Positions 24,892 through 38,973 are shown, counted from the first letter of the stretch. The stretch: 64,000 bases of DNA from Mytilus edulis (GCF_963676685.1 NC_092354.1:28396001-28460000); one strand, 5' to 3'. The notes: a model not told the origin generated them from the sequence alone. Translations and numbers: made by a program.

Positions 24892-27800
24892 AAATCTTCA
24901 TATAATATCAATAAACTGTCAAGGTTTAGGCCAAAAAAACAAAAGAGAAAGATTACAATTATGGACAAAAAATCAAAAATGTAACATTCTTTTCATTCAA
25001 GAGTCACATTTTATAGAAAATATTGAACAAACAATAAATAAAGAGTTTGATGGCAAAATGTTTCATAGTTATGGTAACACACAATCAAGAGGTGTTTCAA
25101 TCTTTGTCAAAAACAATTTAAAATGTAAAACAATAAACGAAATAAAAGATAATGAAGGTAGAATAATTTTGATAAACAGAGAAAAAAATGACAATATTTT
25201 TACTCTAATAAATGTTTATGCTCCAAATCTACACAAAAATAGAAACAAATTTTTCAAAAAGGTTCAAAATATGATTGAAAACAAGCGTTTGGGTATCCTT
25301 ATATTAGGAGGTGATATGAACGAAACTCTCTCAATTAATGATAGAAAAACTAATATCATCCCAAGAAACTACAAACCAGTAAATAGCTTAAAAAAACTAA
25401 TAAAGAAAAATAACTTAACAGATATATGGAGAGAACTTAATCCAAATACTAGTCAATTCACATGGAGAAGGAAAAATGAAACAAACATAGCGAGCAGAAT
25501 TGACTTCTTCTTGATTAGTCCCGATATAAGACCGCATGTTATAAAAGCAGATATTAGACCTGCAATGATCTCATACACTGATCACCAAGCCATTTCTTTA
25601 CAAGTTAGACAAAATTCAGAAGAAAGAGGCAGGGGTTTCTTTAAAATTAACAATAGTATACTTAAAGAGCAAAAATATATTGACCTAATAAATGATTTAA
25701 TCAAAAATTATAAAGTACAAATACTCACCAAAAATTTAAAAACACTCTGGGATATGTTTAAATCAGAGCTAAGAACTGCAACTCTTACTTACTGCAAACA
25801 AAGATCATCTGAAAATAAAAATGATATAAAAAATTTAGAAATAAAATTAAGAAAACTAAATGAGAAAACAAATGCAAGCCAAATTATAAAAAACATTGAA
25901 AATGAACTTGAACACCTCTATTTAAATAAAGTTAAAGGTGCACAAATAAATTACGCTGTTAAATGTAGATACTAAACTCATTGCTTATGCAATAGCCCAG
26001 CGCTTAAAACCAATACTGCTGAAAATAATTCATGGAGATCAAAATGGGTATATCAAAAATAGATATATTGGTTTTAATATACGCCAAATCCAAGACATTA
26101 TAGACTATGCTGAAACTTTTAACATAGATGGTGCATTACTATTTATTGATTTTTCAAAAGCTTTTGATTCGCTTGAATGGGACTTTATGTATGAAGCCCT
26201 TATAAAATTTGGTCTACCAAACTCTTTTATTAAATGGGTTAAAACATTATATAAGAATATTAAAGGCTGCATGCTAAATAATGGGTGGATTTCAGAAACT
26301 TACAATGTATCTCGCGGGATACGTCAAGGCTGTCCGTGCAGCTCTCTAATTTTCACAAGTCTGCCTGTCCAGAATAATGTCAATTTATGTGAATTGTTTT
26401 TTATGAATATTGGTTACATTTATTGTTTCGTTATCTGATAGTTATCAAAGGTATCAGGATTATAAGTTAGTACGCCAGACGCGCGTTTCGTCTACATTAG
26501 ACTCATCAGTGTCGCTCATGTCAAAATATTTATTAAGCCAAACAAGTACGAAGTTGAAGAGCATTGAGGATCCAAGCAGTAGAAATTCTTGCATGCAAAA
26601 TAAGACAAGATACTGGTATTAAGGGATTTCAAATAAAATTAGATTCCAAAACACATAGTCTGAAAATCTCACAATTAGCCAATGACACAACTCTTTTTTT
26701 TTAAATGCAAGCAAGAAATTAGCTATGCTCTGAATATTATTGAAATATTTGGAACGCTCTCAGGTCTTAAACTCAACCGATCGAAAACAGAAGGAATATG
26801 GCTAGGCAGACTAAAAAGCTGTAAAGATAAATATGAAGACATTAACTGGAATAAAGAACCTATTAAAAGCCTAGGTGTATACTTTGGACTTAATAAAAAT
26901 GAATGTGACAAATTAAATACTGAAAAAATTCTAAGAAAGTCTCAAGATACAATCAATAGCTGGAACAGAAGAAATCTCACAATGATAGGTAGAATAACAG
27001 TAATTAAATCTCTCATCTTACCAAATTTAACTTTCTTGGCATCAGTAACAACCATTTCCAAAGAATTTTTAAATGAATTTAAAAAATTGATTTACAACTT
27101 CATCTGGGGTAATAAAAAAGAAAAAGTTAAAAGAATCACGCTATGTAAAGATTACTTGGAAGGAGGCCTTAAAATGATCAACATTGATGATTTTTTATCA
27201 GCTATACAATTATCCTAGGTCAAACGTTTAACATCAACACAATTTGCAAACTGGAAAGTCATTCCCCTTTTCTTTTTCAATAAATTTGGAGAAAACTTTT
27301 CTTTATTTAACATGAATCCAGGTAGCATAAAAGCAATCCCAAAACTCAGTAAAACAATCCCTCTTTTCTATTTAGAAATAGTGAAAAGTTGGTTTAAGAT
27401 AAAAAAAAATATCTCTGAAATAAAAACCAACAGTACAAATTGTATTAATATAAGACAACAATACATATGGGGCAATAAACATATAAAATTTCAAAACAAA
27501 TGTTTAATATTCTCACATTGGATAACCAATGGAATACTATTTATTAATGATATAATAGATGAAGCAGGAAATATATCACAAAAGGCAGTATTAGATAAAT
27601 TGACCCTCAAATCCAACTGGATATCAGAACTATCGAGAATAAGAGCTGCAATACAAAAAAAATGGCAAATGATAATGAAATCAGATAACTCGCGCAATAC
27701 TCAAGTTAAAACAGATAAAAGGCTATACTTAAAAACACAAAATAATACAAAATTGATCAGAATTGAAAACCTTCCATCAAAAGAAATTTATAAAAGTATT

Positions 27801-28379
27801 AGCTCATGTTATATACTGGAAAAACACCAATTGGCTTTCTTAAATGGAAAACACAATTAGAATTAGATTCATCAAGCCATTTGTACAAAATGCTGAACTT
27901 TATATTCAATAGTTTACAAGTAAACACACTAAAAATATTCAGATGGAAGTTACTTCATTATATACTTCCTTGTAAACAACTATTGTACACCTGGCATCTG
28001 AAAAATGATGACCAGTGCCATATTTGAAACCAATTAGAAAACTATGAACATTTTTTCATTTCATGCAAATACTTTAAAAAACTTTTGGAAAAAGGTCAAA
28101 ATACTCCTTGATAAAATAAAAATGGGAACACACATAATCACCTTCAAAAATCTAATACTAGGCTACAAAATATATGATAAAAATTATTATGACATTAATC
28201 TATTTCTCACTGTAATATTATTCTCTATTCATAAATCTACATATGCATCAGAGTATAAACTAAACAATGTTGATGTCTATAGAATATTTAAAACAGAATT
28301 TAAACAACATTATGAAAACATGAAACTTCTTGATAAAACAACAAGCAGATTTTTGAATGATGTTTATAAAAAAATATAA
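24884..28379 (+). pseudogene. ORF2 (APE endonuclease + reverse transcriptase + C-terminal zinc-binding region), disrupted
   Basis: Endonuclease motifs SINCQGL, IQESH, NVYAPN, GGDMN, SRIDFF, TDH. Deletion at ~25950 joins KGAQI to ITLLNVDTK. RT motifs IDFSKAFDSLEW and RGIRQGCP. Insertion at 26355-26575. Catalytic motif reads LAND instead of xADD (~26676-26687). Downstream frameshifts and stops. Confidence 0.95.
26472..26515 (-). ncRNA. Type I hammerhead ribozyme in a retrozyme fragment inserted in ORF2
   Basis: Reverse complement reads GCGACA-CTGATGA-GTCT(AATGT)AGAC-GAAA-CGCGC-GTC-TGGCGT. Confidence 0.75.
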
Positions 28380-30689
28380 GAACCAAAATGTATTATTGCG
28401 CATGATCATTCTTCTGTATTACTATATATATCATGTAGAAAAACTCAAATGTAAACAAATGTATTATTTTAAGATGTTTAATGTGACGCATGGTCAATGT
28501 TTACCTGTAGGACATGATTTTTGACCCGTACTGTCTACGGTCTAATTACTAGAAAATATCTAATATTTTAGGATAAAAAAAAATCCTTCTTGATCAATTT
28601 ATCATAAATCATGGGAATATAACAAAACTCACATTTAGAAATACTCAATTTAGATCCTTTGTTCATGAAATCATTCCACGTGTTATCCTTCAATCATTCG
28701 ATCATCTCAATTTTCACGAGATTATGCCGATCAAGGTTAAGGGTCAATGATTAAATTATAACCAACATCGGATAATGAATAGTACAACTTCCGTATTTAC
28801 GTTACATTATGATGACCTCCACAGAACTAAGAACTCAGACAAATTGTTAAAATCAATGTATTGTATTTATAATAACTAATCATAATTAATATATATATAT
28901 ATACCTATAAATTTACTGTATAATCTCCCTGGTTAAACAGTAACTAATTCACAGGGATACCCGGCTGAATGCTGTGAGTCGAGTAATTTGTTAAACAGCA
29001 AAGAAATGTGCAATAAAAGATTTATCGTTTAAAAAAAAAAAAAAAAAAAAAACATCTGCTGCATCGTCCATTTCTATATCTGCTTTCCCTTGTGTAAATG
29101 TACCTGATGCATGGTTTTTCAAGGTGAATGAATCCTCCTGTCTCAAACAAGTTTAGATATTTAAAATCTGACAGGCCTTCCGGAGGGAAAACCCTAAAGA
29201 CCTAGGTTAAATTGTCTATCTAAATGATTGTAGTATACGCGGTAGAGGTTAATTAACGCGAGTACAATGTCAGCATTTTCCTTTTCCGTTGATGTTTTTT
29301 GTGGCACATCCAAACACAAACCGGGAATAACAGCCTAGAATGTTGCAGACGTAATCAAGTCCTTTCTATAAATAAGGCAGTTTCTGCAAGTCTGTCCGTC
29401 ATGGACCATTTCGGTAATGGCTGGAATTGGCCTTCTAGTCCTTGTGTTAGGAAGTTCAACAGCTGCATTACAGGTAGAGCAGGTAATTTCATTTTAAAAT
29501 ATGATTCTTATACTCTCTTCATGCACGGAAAACATCATGTCTTAGTGTCTCATTTATAGTATCATTTTGTCTCTCACCTAAAAACTTAAGTATAATCGAT
29601 CAAATGTCTCATATGTTTATGGCTCTTTTACAAGATAGGACTTATTCCCAATTCGCTATATTTTTCTGCGTGCCATTTGTACTTCTGCAAATAAATATCG
29701 AGTTGAACATTAAATTAAGGCTTGGCAAAGATTGAGTTTGAATAAAATTATCGATACAAAATGAAAATTAACCTCTTTCAACTGTTTTGGCAATGATGGT
29801 ATACGCCGATGGTCCTCTCGTGTATCGGGTCTTCTGTATCTTTGCTTCCCCTGGTCCTTTCACTTTAGCATTTCTATTGCCAATCCACATCTTAAATTAT
29901 ATAAAAGTATCAAGTAAATAATTAATGTACTTAAAATTTTACCCTTTTTTACTCTTACATTCCCTTATAAAGATGATGTTTCTTATTGTATCATAATAAA
30001 CCACCAACAAAGTATATTTTGTAACTGGAACAAGGCAGATATCTGTGTAGCACTCAGAACAAGACAACCTCTCAGCAACACTCTTAATGGCATCATAACA
30101 GTTTCTGCTGGTGTTTTTCATCCTTCTTTCATATGCCAGCTCCAAGATTTCTTTTTCTCCATTCAGAAAATCAATTCAATTGTTTTTCTGTGACATTCAC
30201 ATTCATAAAAGAAAAAAAATGTCAATGCAGAAAGTTATGTGTTATGTTTGCAGAAATTTAAATTATATTTTAGACAACACAACACGATTTTTTTCGTCTT
30301 TGGCCAAAGTTTATTTATTTCAATTCGAGCTTCACTGGCATCGCCAAACTCTTATTTCAGACTTGCAATAGAAAATAGAAAATGCGCAAACAAGTTTTGA
30401 CATTTTAAATCTGACAGGCCTTCCGGAGGGAAATTTACATTTTGCTGTTGTAAAACAACGTTAATTTGATTGTCTAAGACAGCAACTCGATGCTTAGTTA
30501 CAGACTTCTCTAGATTTTTTCTTATTATTCATAAGACAGACTTCGTAAAAGAGGCTTATTTATCAATTAAAGATTTTAATACAAGAAGAGCTATATGTAT
30601 TATGAGAATAGGTGCTCACTGCCGGTCGGGAGAAGACCAAGTGACCATATTTCTATACGGGTGACATTTATTTGTGTCCTGGCAATATC

Positions 30690-31218
30690 ACAAGAACCAT
30701 TACTGATGAATGGTGAAAGTGAAAATCGTCAATATCAAATTTGACCTCCATTTGGTCATCAGTATCAACATATTAAAATTTGAAAAGCTTAGATTGAATG
30801 GTTCATGAGTAAATACAATAACTTGAATGGAAACTCCATTTTTCAATCTTTCAAGAACCATAACTCCTGAACGGTAAGAGTCAAAATCGTCATTATTGAA
30901 CTTGACCTTCATTTTGTCATCAGTAACAACATATAAAAATTTGGGATGCTTTGGTAGAACAGTTCATGCGTAAATGCACGGACACGACTGGAAACTCCAT
31001 TTTTCAATCTTTCAAGAACCATAACTTCTGAACGGTAAAAGTCAAAATCCTTATTATTGAACTTGACCATCATTAAGTTGTCAGTAACAACATATTTAAA
31101 TTTTAAAAGCTTTGGTTGAACGGTTCATGAGTTAGTGCACGGACAACAATTGATTGCCGCCCGCCGTACATCCCCAAATCAATAACCGACATATTTGTCC
31201 CAAAAATCCGGTTAAAAT
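30690..31218 (-). mobile_element. HINE-type element with ~164-bp tandem units
   Basis: Repeated GGAAACTCCATTTTTCAATCTTTCAAGAACCATAACT. End structure GCCGCCCGCCG...TAACCG...CGGTTAAAA. Confidence 0.65.
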
Positions 31219-31752
31219 GAAAAAGACAAACAGAAAAACAATAGTACACACGAGAATCATCAGATACATAGTAAATTTACGGGTTGGTCCTTTTTATAGA
31301 CTTTTATATATAAGTCTCCAGAGGCGGATTTAAAGGGGGTATGGCCCTCCTTTTCTTTTTGTAGTGTTTGTATCTTTATGTTATTTTTAAAGGAGAAATT
31401 CAATTAAGTATTAAATTTACAGATCTAGCCATTTAATAAAGGGGGAGTTCCCAACCCAGGACAAAAAGGGGGTCCAACCATATGTCCCCATTCAAATGCA
31501 TACATCGGCCAAAAAAGGGAGTTCCAACCACCGAAACACTCCCTCCCCCCTCTTGGATCCGCCAATCCTTTAAAATTGGTTGCTTACATAGGGATTTACT
31601 GAAGCATGACCGGAGAACAATTCGAGTTTACTTTTTGTGTTTCATTTAAGAATGATTGCAAATGCATTCCTGATAGAAGGTACTTTAATTGGGTCTTAAA
31701 TGATTTCACCACCAGACATGGGTATCCTTGTCATGGTTCTCTGTTCAAGAAT

Positions 31753-32292
31753 TCATAACTGACGAATGTCAAGACACGGCAAACATTTCATTCTTAAGTC
31801 TGGAAGTTTTGGAATCCGAATGACCCTATTTTCCTCAGCATACAACAGTGGGGTTGAAACATCTTTCACAGGTACAACACAATTTGGAAAGTTCCTGCTC
31901 CTTTCCACAAAATAACACCTGGAACCAGTATCATAGTCTAGATATCCAAACCAGCTTATAAAGTCAAGATCTTCACCACTACAACCGTAGAAGAGCGAAA
32001 TGAATCCAACACAGTTATTTAACAGCACCTTAGACCCTCTTTCCTTTTGTGTTTCACTCTCAATGGTCGTATTTCGGTAACCACCATGTTCTTGCATGGT
32101 GGAAGGTTGAGATGAGGGGTGAAACAGGTCTTCCCATGAAGTAGGCACGTATGCCGAGTAATTCCACTGGAGAGGCATGACGTGTGACTGGGTTGTGTCG
32201 ACCGGGATATAGACTGCTCTCTACGCACTTGACTGTCTTCTTCAGTGGTTCCAAGAAACCACTATGCTCCAACATGGAGAGTAACCATTGTT
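31753..32292 (-). pseudogene. Frameshifted coding-like fragment, unidentified
   Basis: GC-richer island; overlapping minus ORFs of 141, 71 and 69 aa follow a polypyrimidine+AG acceptor near 32295. Confidence 0.3.
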
Positions 32293-33300
32293 CCTAAAAA
32301 TAAAAAAAATGAAAAAAATATGAAACTTGAAGTCCGGTAGAACTGAAGTATTTCAATTATGTCCGGTCTCTTCCTGTATCATATATATAAACAACAAATT
32401 GACATATCACGTCACAAATAACAATGGAAGTCAAATTATAAGCCAGTTATAAAAATAAACGTGATATCAAACATCTCCTTAGTAAATCAAACTAGGACAC
32501 ACATCTCCTAAGTAAATCACTTATGATTGTCCTAGTAACATCAAGTGGGGACCCACAGGATAGATTTTTACTAAATGGGGACAATAGAAATTTTGAGAAA
32601 ACGTTACTTTCAAGTTTTATTAGTTGATTATATGCTTTTTTCTTGTGCCTTTGAATCAGGGAAGATATAGCAATATACTGACATCTTTGCAATCAATGAT
32701 TGGAGAATTTTAGACTTTTATCTATCTATCTTACTACCAATTATAATTGTGAGTGAACTCATAAAGTGGTATCAAAAATATAATTTGGTGCACTGACACA
32801 AGTAATACGACTGACGCCAGACTAGGACACAACAAGCTTTCATGAACATCTGAAACATTGTCAGTACATAGAAAATAAACTAATTGTATATGGAAATGTC
32901 ATCAACATATTGTTTTCCTTTATCAACAAACCTCAGTATCAGCCGTTGCACTATATAAGTATTTATTGTCAGATTCTTGTTCTATCTCTGTTAATTCGTC
33001 ATCCTGTCCTGTCTCCTCCTGTATCATATATATCATATATATAAACAACAAATTTATATATCACGTCACAAATATCATTGGAAGTCAACTCATAAAGCCA
33101 GTTATACAAATAAACGTGCACGTGATATAAAACGAGTTATCTCCTAAGTAAATCATACTTTGACACACATATGCTTGTCCTAGTAACATCAAGTGGGGAC
33201 ACACATGATAGATTCTTAACATGTGCAAATCTGTCAATCATATGTTTCATTTGAGTCTAACAAAGACACGTGTCAACGAGAATCAGCCAGTGTGAACTAA

Positions 33301-33888
33301 AAGGAGTAGGTCCGGTCCGGTAAGGACCGATTTTGGCCTTAAATTTCAGTTTCATCTGACGAAAGATTTTTACAACTTTTTAAACACTTAAGTGTCTATT
33401 TTATATGATTCAATAAATTTACGTGAAAGATTTTAACTTATTTAGTCATAAAAAAACTATCCGAATAATGCTCAAATATGAAAAATCTACCAAATATGCG
33501 AAAAAATGTCACTTTTCAGATGGTTTTTGTTAGAAACGAAAGTGGCCGTATCCTAGTTCATCCTCTATCTTGACATATGTTATGTATTATCATCAAATAC
33601 AACTTCCATTTCAATATTTTGGATGAACACGAATGCGGCCACTTTCGTTTTACACGGAAACCGTCTTAAATTTAACTAAAATGCTGGAATTGTGAAGATT
33701 TCAGTTATTTAGCATGACTTATTGGTGCTAGTTTCCAATATATGTGCATTCTACTGTCAAAAACAGCCCATATTTATGTAGCAGAACCATTCTACTATTA
33801 AATAAATAACTAAAAGTTTACATTTTGACAATTTTGTAAAACTGCTATATTTTGGGGCCGAAAAGAGGTCTTACTGGACCTACTCCTT
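33301..33888. mobile_element. Non-autonomous DNA transposon (MITE)
   Basis: TIR AAGGAGTAGGTCC with inverted copy GGACCTACTCCTT. Internal inverted AAAGTGGCCG...CGGCCACTTT. TSD degenerate. Confidence 0.75.
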
Positions 33889-35609
33889 TGCACGTTCCAT
33901 TGATAGAAAAGACAAAATGTTTGATTCTTCAATAAAAAAATTAAACATAATGATTATCATATGCATCTAAAACTTGCACATGCAAAAGCATGTAGCTCAT
34001 CCTTTTATAAATCAAATTATCGAACAAGGAGTAAATGATTTGTTAACGAAAGGTTTGAAATAAATACCAGGGCCATTATTCAACTATAAACCTAAGAAGA
34101 CTTAGAATGATTATGCAAAGGTATTTCTGATGAATCGTTTAATGGTTCCTCAACACTGTTGCACAATTAATAGAAAACCTGAATCAGGACAGACTATATG
34201 AAACAACGCTTTTAGAAAATGAACAAAGTTTGGATAGAAATGTTATAGACAAATTGTTTTCAACAAACCGTTCGTCTTTTCTTGCCATATTTCTGTTCTT
34301 CTTTTTCTTTCAATCCTCGTTTATCCTGTATTATATTTGTTAACAACAAATTTACAAGTTAAGTCACAAATAACAATGGAAGTAATTGGAATATTTTCTT
34401 TATGATCTTTTCCTTTTTTCTTAGTTTAATTGAAATAGAACCAAGCATTTTCACAATTAATGCTTAAGAGTCTAAGTTAAATGAAATGGAAAACGTAAAA
34501 AAAAAAAAAAAATTAAGATGGAATACAAAATACACTAAGAAGAACATGAAGTTAAATATAAACGTAGAGACAAATACTTGGAAATCTGAATCATGTTACA
34601 GAATATCTGCAGAAGAGTATTTTAGTTTTGTACCAAACTTGGACAGAAGCTTTTTTATGATCAAAAGCTAGTTTCTAGAATAAAATTTTGTAAAAAAATT
34701 GTACCTGTGTATCTGTATTTTACCTAAACATGGACTTGATTTTTCTTCCAGTTAACATTACAAACAGTCTGCAGTTAAGGTTTTAAAACATTTATTAGAT
34801 TCATAAACTATCTTGGATTTTTATCAAACTTTGACAGAAGCGTTTTACGACGATCCTTTGCGTATCCACTGGAATATTTTTTTGATTTTTTCCCCCATAT
34901 TTGTTGAGCCTGTGATAACAGCAAAAGTAGACGAGACACTGGGTTCCACAGAACCCTTGCACATTTTTGGTCGGTTTTGCACTTAATTTTAAGCGGAATC
35001 TTTGAATATTTAAGAATCAAGGCTTATTTTATTTGAAAACGGTTCACTGGTTAAATGAGTTTATTTTTTAATTCTTTGAAGTGAATAAAACATGTTAGTT
35101 TGCAAATAACAAGATTTGATTAATGGTAAAGCTCTTCAGTTGTTTAGCTTGAAGTTATTTATAGATTTCTGGTTAAAAAGGTTTGGGGTAATTATTTGTG
35201 ACTAAATTTAAGTTTAATTAACGTGTACAAAAGTCAGTCTCAAATGCACACCATGAGCAGTTGGGGAAGATTTCAAATGCAAACACTTTTTAACTTAGTG
35301 ATCTTAGAAACATGAGACATTTTTTTTTGATGATGAATAATCATATGCAGGTACTTTAAAATGTTTACTAAAATTTGTACTTAACTGAATTATTTAATTA
35401 CAGAGAAATGCCATATCCCTTATACGAATTGGTCCTTTTATTCAAATGACTTAGTAATCCTGGTTTTATTATGTATTGGAAACAATCTTGATCCTTTCCA
35501 GTGGTTCCTGAATACTGATGGTGTCACTGTGAAAGCATATTCAGGACAGAACATTTTTCCCTCAGGGGTTTACTTTCTGGTTCTTTTACAGGTTGATTGA
35601 ATATTTAAT

Positions 35610-35870
35610 ATACCATAGAAAAAGATGTGGTGGGATTGCCAATGATACGACACCACAAGAGACAAAATGACACAGAAATTGACAACTAAAGGTCACCATA
35701 CGGCCTTCAACACAAGTAAAGTTGATATTGCATGTGTAGACAGCTATACTACAAAAATGATGTGGTATAATTGCAAATTTATGAGACAACTCTGAAACAG
35801 AGACCAAAATGACACAGACTTCAACGACTATAGATCATGCGCAGCCTTCAACAATGAGCAAAGCTGATAT
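35610..35870 (-). repeat. Two fragments of an abundant interspersed repeat (…CATTGGCAATCATACCACATCTT… family)
   Basis: Reverse complement of blocks seen at 450-600, 60700-60835 and 61840-62255. Confidence 0.65.
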
Positions 35871-36689
35871 CAATTAGTTCGCTTTACAAGTCTACTTACT
35901 GGTCCTGAAATAATTCTCATAAATTCTTGTCTATACATTAGTGGTTCCATGCTTGAAAGGACCAATATATTAAGATTGGGCTAGTAACTTATTGTCTAGG
36001 TGTGTGCCACCTTTATTCATAAATGTTTAACCCCAGGCGTATTTACACGTTTGAGTTTTACTCTTAACACATAATTAATACAGTGATAGTGTGGGATTGT
36101 ACTTAATTTTTGAGTGGAAATATACTGAGAAATTTTAATAGAGGAGCAGATTATTTTTTAATACCAGAACTACCATTATATGACTACGTTTACTGAGTCT
36201 AGGATTGTAAAATTGGTATAGTCAGATCCTTAAATATCTCCAATCAATTATGGTATTCCTGTTGGGAGATTTATTATAATAACGTGGCCATTAGAGCAGT
36301 CTAGACCTTCATTATCAACCGTTGGGAGAAAGATTCCTGGAAGATTCTCATAACTGAATCATGATACATGTAGGTAATGAACCTTAAACAAATCATTTAT
36401 AAACTGGTCATTGTTGGTAGCATAGACCGGTAAAAATAATACCAAATAAAACTTTAAAATATTATAATCTGACACTATAACAGGAAATAAGCCTAAGCCG
36501 AACCCTACCCTAGACATACATATAGCTTTGATGGAAAAGTTGTTTGCTGTAGATATTAAGCTGTTGCTTTATTTCAGTATCTCTACACATTGCGAGACAC
36601 AAATATAACATTGAAATGACAACATAATATTACAGGACTACAATACAAATAAATAGGAGAACATATTAGACAAAGAAACACATGCTTAA

Positions 36690-37035
36690 TATATAACAAA
36701 AGGCATCAAGTTTAAAATTCAATACGCCTAAAACGCGCCTCGTCAACACAAGACTCACCAGTGACGCCAAGATATAAAAGATCGAAAGTGAAAAAAAGTA
36801 CAAAGTTGTACAGCACTGAAGATCAAAAGTTGAAAAAAGGTTGTGCCAAATACGGCGTTGTTTTAATGCTTGGGATAAGAACATCCTTATTATTTAGAAC
36901 AATTAATGCTATTGCAAACAGTAAATTTTATCAAATGAATATGAAAGAGATAAACATAATAAAACTGAAGTATTAAATAATTACAGAAAACTGAACCCAC
37001 ATAATGCTAAGACCAACACAGAATAGACACACCCG
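36690..37035 (-). repeat. Diverged retrozyme-family copy
   Basis: AATACGCC...CGTCAACACAAGACTCACCAGTGACGC...GTTGTGCCAAATACGGC matches the ~356-bp unit with a mutated core. Confidence 0.65.
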
Positions 37036-37039
37036 ACTG

Positions 37040-37320
37040 AAAAGGATTTCCTCAAATGCTGCTGAAAGTTCCAATTTGCTTTGTCGATTGCTCTCACAAC
37101 TGACCAGTTCTTCTCGGAAAGTGATGGTAACGATGGATAATGAGTCTGACAGGCTAAGCGAATAGCATTGATCTTCTAAGTTGCTATCTGTCCTTTTATA
37201 GAAGCTTTCCTTCGAAACACTTTCCTTTTTACATTTTTGTTCATTACATCTTCTATGGAGCAAATATTCCTAAAGAGGTAGACGGTATATCGTCAACAAG
37301 AATCGCCTGCAGATATATTG
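37040..37320 (-). pseudogene. BEN-domain coding remnant
   Basis: Minus frame reads YTVYLFRNICSIEDVMNKNVKRKVFRRKASIKGQIAT*KINAIRLACQTHYPSLPSLSEKNWSVVRAIDKANWNF. This fits the BEN pattern LFR..F..EE....NV.G...K..LD..KI.AIR....YP....W..V.AID; two in-frame stops. Confidence 0.55.
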
Positions 37321-38369
37321 GCATCTTGCAGATGGTTGTCAGGGATCTGGTTGTATGTCGATATCGTAGGTGCTGGTTGAAACAAGTGCAAATTGGTTTT
37401 AACAGAAGAAGTTTTGTTTTGTAAAATTGTTGTCAAACGCAAAGATAAAAACTGTGGGTAAATCACTGGTGTTCTAATGTTGAGAGAAATTGGCGCAATA
37501 AGTTCTTTATCTGGAATGTTGCTCTGGCATCTGGCAGTTCAGTTCAGCGTAGATGACTCTGGCTGATGATGTTGACAATATGTTGCTACTGTTCAATGTT
37601 GTTAGTTTATTTTGAAGATTAAGAAGAGTCATGCTGTTATTTTCAGCCTAAATTATGTCCTGGAGAGGTATTTTTCTGCCATACATTTGTTTGTTCAGTT
37701 CTGTTAATTGGCCGTCCTTGTTAATGGTGCTGAATTTGAACATTTTAGGTGCTACTTGTATTCCAATATTATTAATGCCTTTGCCTTTTAGGCTTCTTAA
37801 AATACCTTTAATTGTTTTGATGGTCTTGGGGTTGCTTAAGAAATTCTGGACTTCAACAATCTATGTTTTTAGCTCTCCGAACTCTTTTCAGGTGGTCTCT
37901 ACCACTAATTCTGCTTTGTTTGTTTAAATGATTCCACAGGAGGGGCTGATGCCAACAACAGTCTACTTTGCCTAGAAGATTTCAGCAAACTACCTTTAAG
38001 TAGTAACTGGTATTTTAAACTTAACTTTCCAGTACGTGTGCATAGCATTGTCCGAGAAAAAAACATTTTCACCTTATCAGACAACAAGGTTGTCAAAAAG
38101 AAGGTACCATCTGAAAAACTTCAGATAACATCAGATACAGTTGTGTATAGTGTTTAAAGAAAAAAAACTAATAGATTCTACTGTTGTATATAATGTATGT
38201 TTAAAGACTAGAAATTGTTGTATATAGTGTTTGACTGTTCGTTTATAATTAAACAAACCATATCAGTATGTATTTTAAACATGTTAATGCTGTATAAGAT
38301 TTTTACATGTATATAACACGTTCTCATCTAAAATTAGAAATTCTCATATGCCACTTCACTTAGACTCCA

Positions 38370-38600
38370 CATGCAACACGACGGGTGCCGCATGTGGAGC
38401 AGGATCTGCTTACCCTTCCGGAGCACCTGAGATCACCCCTAGTTTTTGGTGGGGTTCGTGTTGTTTATTCTTTAGTTTTCTATGTTGTGTCATGTGTACT
38501 ATTGTTTTTCTGTTTGTCTTTTTCATTTTTAGCCATGGCGTTGTCAGTTTGTTTTAGATTTATGAGTTTGACTGTCCCTTTGGTATCTTTCGTCCCTCTT
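38370..38600 (+). repeat. Interspersed repeat (GGAGCAGGATCTGCTTACCCTTCCGGAGCACCTG family)
   Basis: The 3' ~150 bp is nearly identical to 4425-4575. Confidence 0.8.
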
Positions 38601-38929
38601 TTATTTGTGTGTGTAAAAGCTACATCGTTTGACATGACTGATATAATTTGCGTTAAAAAGTCACTGTATAGCATAATTTATATTTGTCTGCTATTTTTTT
38701 GCAAGATTGTTGTTCTTTTTGTGTAACTGCAAAATGCAAACTGCATTATTTTAGCATAATCTGTTTTTATAGGATGCTAGAATGATCTATTTTAAAACTC
38801 TGGAAATAGTTGAGGCGATTAAACCTTCATAAATTACTCAATCTATATTTTTGTAACTTTTTGGAATTTTTGGTCCTCAATGCTCTTCAACTTTGTATAT
38901 GTTTTGGCTTTTTCACTATTTTGATCTGA

Positions 38930-38973
38930 GCGTCACTGATGAGTCTTATGTAGACGAAACGCGCGTCTGGCGT
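38930..38973 (+). ncRNA. Type I hammerhead ribozyme (array copy 1)
   Basis: GCGTCA-CTGATGA-GTCT(TATGT)AGAC-GAAA-CGCGC-GTC-TGGCGT; predicted cleavage after 38967. Confidence 0.88.

Larger units (their letters stand above)
22040..29050 (+). mobile_element. Full-length L1/Tx1-clade non-LTR retrotransposon (inactivated)
   Basis: 15-bp TSD AACATCTGCTGCATC at 22025-22039 and 29051-29065. AATAAA at ~29012 and poly-A from 29031. Contains a zinc-knuckle ORF1 and an APE+RT ORF2. Confidence 0.95.

Noticed and set aside
35400-36500. Coding-like sequence
   Set aside because: Stops in the frames I translated and no recognisable motif.
38348-38726. Hydrophobic ORFs of 69 and 113 aa
   Set aside because: They derive from the T-rich interspersed repeat also present at 4425-4575.
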